Source of the DNA: Octopus vulgaris
Taxonomy: Eukaryota
DNA length: 64,000 nucleotides
NCBI GenBank assembly: GCA_951406725.2
Contig: OX597830.1
Coordinates: forward strand, 48,670,001-48,734,000
Direction: 5' to 3'
Positions 59,315 through 64,000 of this stretch are shown here, piece by piece. Under the pieces are notes generated by a model. The model had not been told where the DNA came from. It saw only the letters and a list, made by a program, of their open reading frames with translations, and did no database searches. Positions within the stretch are counted from its first letter, which is position 1; every line of letters starts with the position of its first letter. The translations under genes and the position numbers were made by a program.

Positions 59315-59431
59315 CTACAAGAGAAATCAGAACATTTGTGAGAGAAGCACTACAGAGTAGAAAGGCAGCAACAATGGTCTTCTCACACCAGCACACACAA
59401 ACAAACATTAACAAATCGTTAGAATAATACT

Positions 59432-59645
59432 GGTTTCAAATTTTGGTGCAAAGCCAGCAATTTCGGAGGAGGAGTTAAGTTGATTACATCAACCCCAGTG
59501 CTCAACCAGGACTTATTTTATCGATCCCAAAAGGATGAAAAACAAAGAAGACCTCAGCAGAATTTGAACTCATGAATGTAAAGATGGGTGATATACTACT
59601 AAGCAGTTCACACAGCGTGCTAACGATACTGCCAGCTTGCTGCCT
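59432..59645 (-). mobile_element. SINE A, CpG-eroded, in the last CDK2 intron
   Basis: gacctcagcagaatttgaactc versus the family form gacctcggcggaatttgaactc. Confidence 0.75.
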
Positions 59646-60952
59646 AAAAATAATAATAATAATAATAATAATAAAACATCTCAACATCAGTTATTAATTT
59701 GATGACATCATAAGACATCAGCGATGGGGTCACCAGGCAAGTTGCAAAACAAAGTCCCCTCAACTAGGGGAAGTAGTATTGAGGGAGGTGGCCCTTGTGC
59801 CAAATGATGAGAGATTAAAAGAATAACAGGATAGAGAAAGGTGCTGTAGAAGAGATACATAGATATCCCAGTTGGAGGAAAGAAAGAGAGAGAATGAGAT
59901 GGTTGTGTGTGAATTTTATAATTTATATCTTTGTTCAACACCATATTTAGAGATGATCTAAATCTCTAACTTAAACGGACATCTTAATGAACATTAAAAC
60001 AGTAATTACATAACTAATTTTTAACGAGGCAATTCTGATGCAGGCATGGCTATTTCATTAAGAAGTTTACAAACAACTGGCTTCAGGGATTGGCGAGTGC
60101 AGGTCTTCTACTACAGTCTTTGGTCAATCAAGCCTTACAAAACAGGCCAAATTTAATGGACAGAAACTGCGTGGAATTGGTCCCTTCATGGGGGATTAGT
60201 GTCCCCTGTTTTGGGGTTGTAGACTTAATCTATACCTTAGTTTAACACCACCAACTGGCTCATCATTATTCTCCTCCTTTACTGCCCATTTTCTATGCTG
60301 GCATGGGTTGGACGTTTGACCAAAGCTGGCACGCAAGGGAGCTGCACCAGGTTCCAGTCTGATTTGGCTTGGTTTCCACAGTTGGATGCCCTTCCTAACA
60401 TGCCAACCACTTCACAATATGTACTGGGTGCTGTTAATATGGCATTGGCATGAGTGCTTATGTGACTCCAGCTTAAGACTCTTGCAGGGGGAGTGGCCTT
60501 AAAATTCCTGCAGGACTTCTTGTGTACAGCAAGGTGCCAGATATTTTGGTCCTTTATCATCTGCTCCGAAAGGTTCAGTGTCCTGAGGTCATCCTTCAGT
60601 ACTTTGTGGGTATGTTTAACCCTTTAGCATTTAAACAAGCCATATCTAGTTCAAATATTCTGATTTATATTCAAATTGGACAGAAATGGATGCTGCACTT
60701 CTGTGTCCAAATCCTCAACAGAAAAAAAGCATATTCTCTCTGGAAATGTTTGGTGTTAATATCATTTCCATTCAAATCTAATCTTATAAATTAATTCACA
60801 ATTACAGATGAAATAGTGTCATCAGAAGCAGTCAACACAAGACACCGAAATGATTTCTAAGACAGTAAATGAAGGATCTGTTTCATTAAATAACAGTCGA
60901 GGTACAATGGGGATGGAGATAGAGTGGGTTGATGAGGTGTTGAAATTCTTAC

Positions 60953-61086
60953 ATTGAGCAAGTCAATTCCATCATTCTCCAACCTTGGTATTAGGTGATC
61001 CATGTTCTGGATTGGCCAACGTGGAAAAGAAGATTTGTAATCTGGCAAACTGGATACCCCACGCCAAGTATTCTCATCTGGTGTAC
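60953..61086 (-). CDS. CDK2: CDK2-like cyclin-dependent kinase, penultimate coding exon
   Basis: Minus strand ttctttgcag|GT ACA CCA... encodes (G)TPDENTWRGVSSLPDYKSSFPRWPIQNMDHLIPRLENDGIDLLN|gtaag. 134 nt, phase 1 start and phase 0 end. Matches CDK2/CDK1 kinase subdomain X (GTPDE..W.GV..LPDYK.SFP.W). CDK2 versus CDK1/3 is judged from memory. Upstream exons are not seen in the window. Confidence 0.88.
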
Positions 61087-61667
61087 CTGCAAAGAAGGTG
61101 AGAATCACAAGTAGAATATAAAAGGTAATTGATGTTGAATTCACTCAGGTTGATAATATAGTCCTCACATTGAGTGTACACACAGTGTTTACCTAACACA
61201 TTCTTAACGAGTATGGACATCATTTTATAAAACAGATATACTGGAAAGTAAGAACAGATGAAAAAAAGTCTAGCTGTTAAGGGTGGAGTATGAACACAGA
61301 CCAAGTAACACAAAACATATGCATAAAGATATTATGTATGTATGTCATCATCATCAACATCGTCATTTAACATCTGTTTTCCATGCAGGCATGGGTTGAA
61401 CGGTTTGACTGAAAACTGGTAAGGTATTTGTCTATTCTGGCATAATCTCTACAGCCAGGTGCCTTTCCTAATGCCAACCACTTCAGAGAGTGAGCTCGGT
61501 TCTTTTTTATGCGGCACTAGTAGCAAACTAACACACTGGATAACCAGCTGGAGAAGGCGTCCTCCAGGAGTTAAAATAGCAGTATCATCTGTTCTTAGAG
61601 AATACACACATTGAAGTGGTGATTGCAAAACAAGAAAAACACAACTCAAAATAGGAGTATACACTCT

Positions 61668-61868
61668 ACTCTTTTACTTGTTTCAGTCATTTGACTGCGC
61701 CCATGCTGGAGCACCACCTTTAGTCGAGCAAATCGACCCCAGGACTTATTCTTTGTAAGCCTAGCACTTATGCTATCGGTCTCTTTTGCCGAACCGCTAA
61801 GTTACGGGGACGTAAACACACTAGCATCGGTTGTCAAGCGATGTTAGGGGAACAAACACAGACACACA

Positions 61869-61920
<52 letters not shown>

Positions 61921-62030
61921 TACGGTAGGTTTCTTTCAGTTTCCTGCCAAATCCACTCACAAGGCTTTGGTCAGCCCGAGGCTATAGTAGAAGACCCTAG
62001 CCCAAGGTGCCATGCAGTGGGACTGAACCC
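61668..62030 (-). mobile_element. SINE B in CDK2 intron
   Basis: Reverse-complement copy lacking the extreme head. Confidence 0.85.
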
Positions 62031-62125
62031 GTATATATGCATATTTTTATTAATATTTAGCTCTTGGGTCTTGAGCCACTCTGTTGCTTCTGCTAAACAT
62101 TAATATCAATATACCAAAAAAAAAT

Positions 62126-62255
62126 TAAAAACAGAACACAAAGGATATCGTGGTACACATGTTTCAAGCTTTATAAACAATCCGTTATTACATCAGTGTA
62201 TTATTGTTATAAAAGGAAACACGTGTACCGAGATATCCTTTGTGTTCTGTTTTTA
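62126..62255. repeat. 130-bp hairpin in CDK2 intron
   Basis: taaaaacagaacacaaaggatatc...ggtacac / gtgtacc...gatatcctttgtgttctgttttta. Confidence 0.88.
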
Positions 62256-62287
62256 TGAACATCAATGGAATTTGTATCTTTGTGGTA

Positions 62288-62737
62288 CCAGTGCCGGTGG
62301 CACACAAGAAAATCATCCGAACGTGGCCGTAGCCAGTACCGCATAGACTGGCCTCCGTGCTTTGGGGACGTAACAAACACCATCCGATCGTGGCCGTCCG
62401 CCAGCCTCATCTGGCACCTGTGTCGGTGGCACATAAAAACACCATCCGAGCGTGGCTGTTCGCCAGCCTCGTCTGGCACCTGTGTCGGTGGCACATAAAA
62501 ACACCATCCGAGCGTGGCCGTTCGCCAGCCTCGTCTGGCACCTGTGTCGGTGGCACATAAAATCACCCACTACACTCTCGGAGTGGTTGGCGTTAGGAAG
62601 GGCATCCAGCTGTAGAAACACTGCCAGATCTGACTGGCCTGGTGCAGCCTTCGGGCTCCCCAGACCCCAGTTGAACCGTCCAACCCATGCTAGCATGGAA
62701 AACGGATGCTAAATGATGATGATGATGATGATGATGA
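62288..62737 (+). mobile_element. SINE family D with three internal 62-bp repeats and (TGA)n tail
   Basis: ccagcctc at 62401, 62463 and 62525; tggttggcgttaggaagggcatccagc; tail gatgatgat. Older minus copies at ~55575-55745, 60275-60440 and 61345-61530. Confidence 0.75.
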
Positions 62738-63437
62738 TATATTCTCTCTCACCTCTGCCACTATCTGGCATATACAGGTGCTTACACTTATCAAGTATTC
62801 ACCATTAATATAAATATATAGGTATGTATTGCTTGTCAATTTTTTTGTTTTATTATACTCTCATTAGCTTGACCAGTACATTGCTCATAGCAACGTGTGT
62901 CCGTGTGTGAATAAACGTATTACGTATGTATGAAGATATGGTGTCGTAGTAATTAGGAGTGTTGGGGGTGGGGCATGATCATAAGGCCATACATTCGATT
63001 TGTGGATTGGATGGTAGACTGCAGTCAAGCAAGGCCCATCATTTTCGTGCTGCTCCAGTCCACTCAGCTGAAAATAAGGACCAGCCTTAGTATTAATGCT
63101 CTCCCTCTAATTGCCACACTGTGGAGGTTTCACTAGATCAATGGTGGGGAAGCTGAGGGTACATCTATGTCTGCTTACAACTATAGGGACACCTAAAACA
63201 ATAGGCAACAGCATGGTACAAAACAGCCGGTCACATTGGCTTGGAAGTAATATATTGCACCAGGTCAAAAGCATCTCGAGGATGACAAAAACACATTTGT
63301 CTAGAGCAGGCATGAGCAGACTTTGAGAAGTGGATCACATGAGACCTGGCTCGCCATCAAGCAGGCTGCACTACTAAAAAAGTGAAAGTAAATTTTCATT
63401 CAGAAAGTCCTGCAGGTTGGCTATCATTGGTCAAGAG

Positions 63438-63794
63438 CAGGGATTTTCAACCATTTTTTAGCCTATGGAACCCTTTGATTACTGTTCTATTCTGGTGGAA
63501 TAGAAAAGTAATCTGGTTATTTGATGTTTAAAAACTAGATTTAAAAATACTAATTTGGTTAAAGATTCTTATTTTGTTTATCACACATTATCTTATGAAG
63601 GGTGAACTGTGTAAAATGTTAGAGAAAGAAACTGAGCCCGTTTCTTGCAATAAATACATCCAAAGTAACATTTTTTCACAGACTCTTAAAATGCTACTGT
63701 GGATCTCCAATTTAGTATTTTGCTTGTGTGGACCATCCCCAAAGGTCTTACATAGACCCCCAGGGATGATATGAATCCTGGTTGAAAACCACTT
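63438..63794. mobile_element. hAT (Charlie-like) MITE
   Basis: TIRs cagggattttcaacc / ggttgaaaaccactt; 8-bp TSD gtcaagag / gtctagag (7/8), NTCTAGAN-type. Confidence 0.75.
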
Positions 63795-64000
63795 GTCTAG
63801 AGTTAGCAACTGAGATACATAAAGACATCAACACAGGCAGTGGTGGTCACAGCACTTATAATGATGGTTGTGGTGATGATGATGATGATGATGATGGTAG
63901 TGAAATCTGTTTCCAACAGCTACAACAGCCAAAATTTGTCTTGAACACCCTTGAAACCTGGGTTTAAAATACAATTGAAAGGAAAAACCTAACCTACTAC

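Noticed and set aside
61087-64000. Further upstream CDK2 exons
   Set aside because: No GDSEIDQ/IFR-coding segment was found by eye; presumably beyond the window.

Overview
Eukaryotic, AT-rich, microsatellite-dense genomic DNA. The tRNA-derived SINE families, the (TACA)n/(TA)n/(TAA)n load and the LINE spectrum point to an octopus or other coleoid cephalopod (inference from recalled repeat families, not a database match). The only host gene I can support is the 3' end of a CDK2-like kinase on the minus strand: two exons with canonical splice sites (61086-60953 and 59314-59213) and an inferred 3' UTR of about 3.2 kb. The first ~55 kb is intergenic and TE-rich. It holds a young 5'-truncated R4/Dong-type RLE LINE with an unbroken 555-codon frame abutting (TAA)n, several older RLE, RTE and HERO fragments, mariner/Tc1/maT relics, three non-autonomous Helitrons, hAT and TTAA MITEs, about 30 SINE copies and many Penelope-like (PLE) termini. 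The most notable signals are: (i) repeated PLE-derived inverted repeats carrying minimal hammerhead-ribozyme motifs, one with a foldable hammerhead on each strand, plus a CUGUNGA core variant family; (ii) a 14 x 32-bp hairpin array in the inferred CDK2 3' UTR; (iii) a nested ~1 kb foldback; (iv) RLE fragments embedded in (CATA)n. Nearly all long ORFs in the supplied track are microsatellite translation artefacts. Repeat boundaries were read by eye and are approximate.
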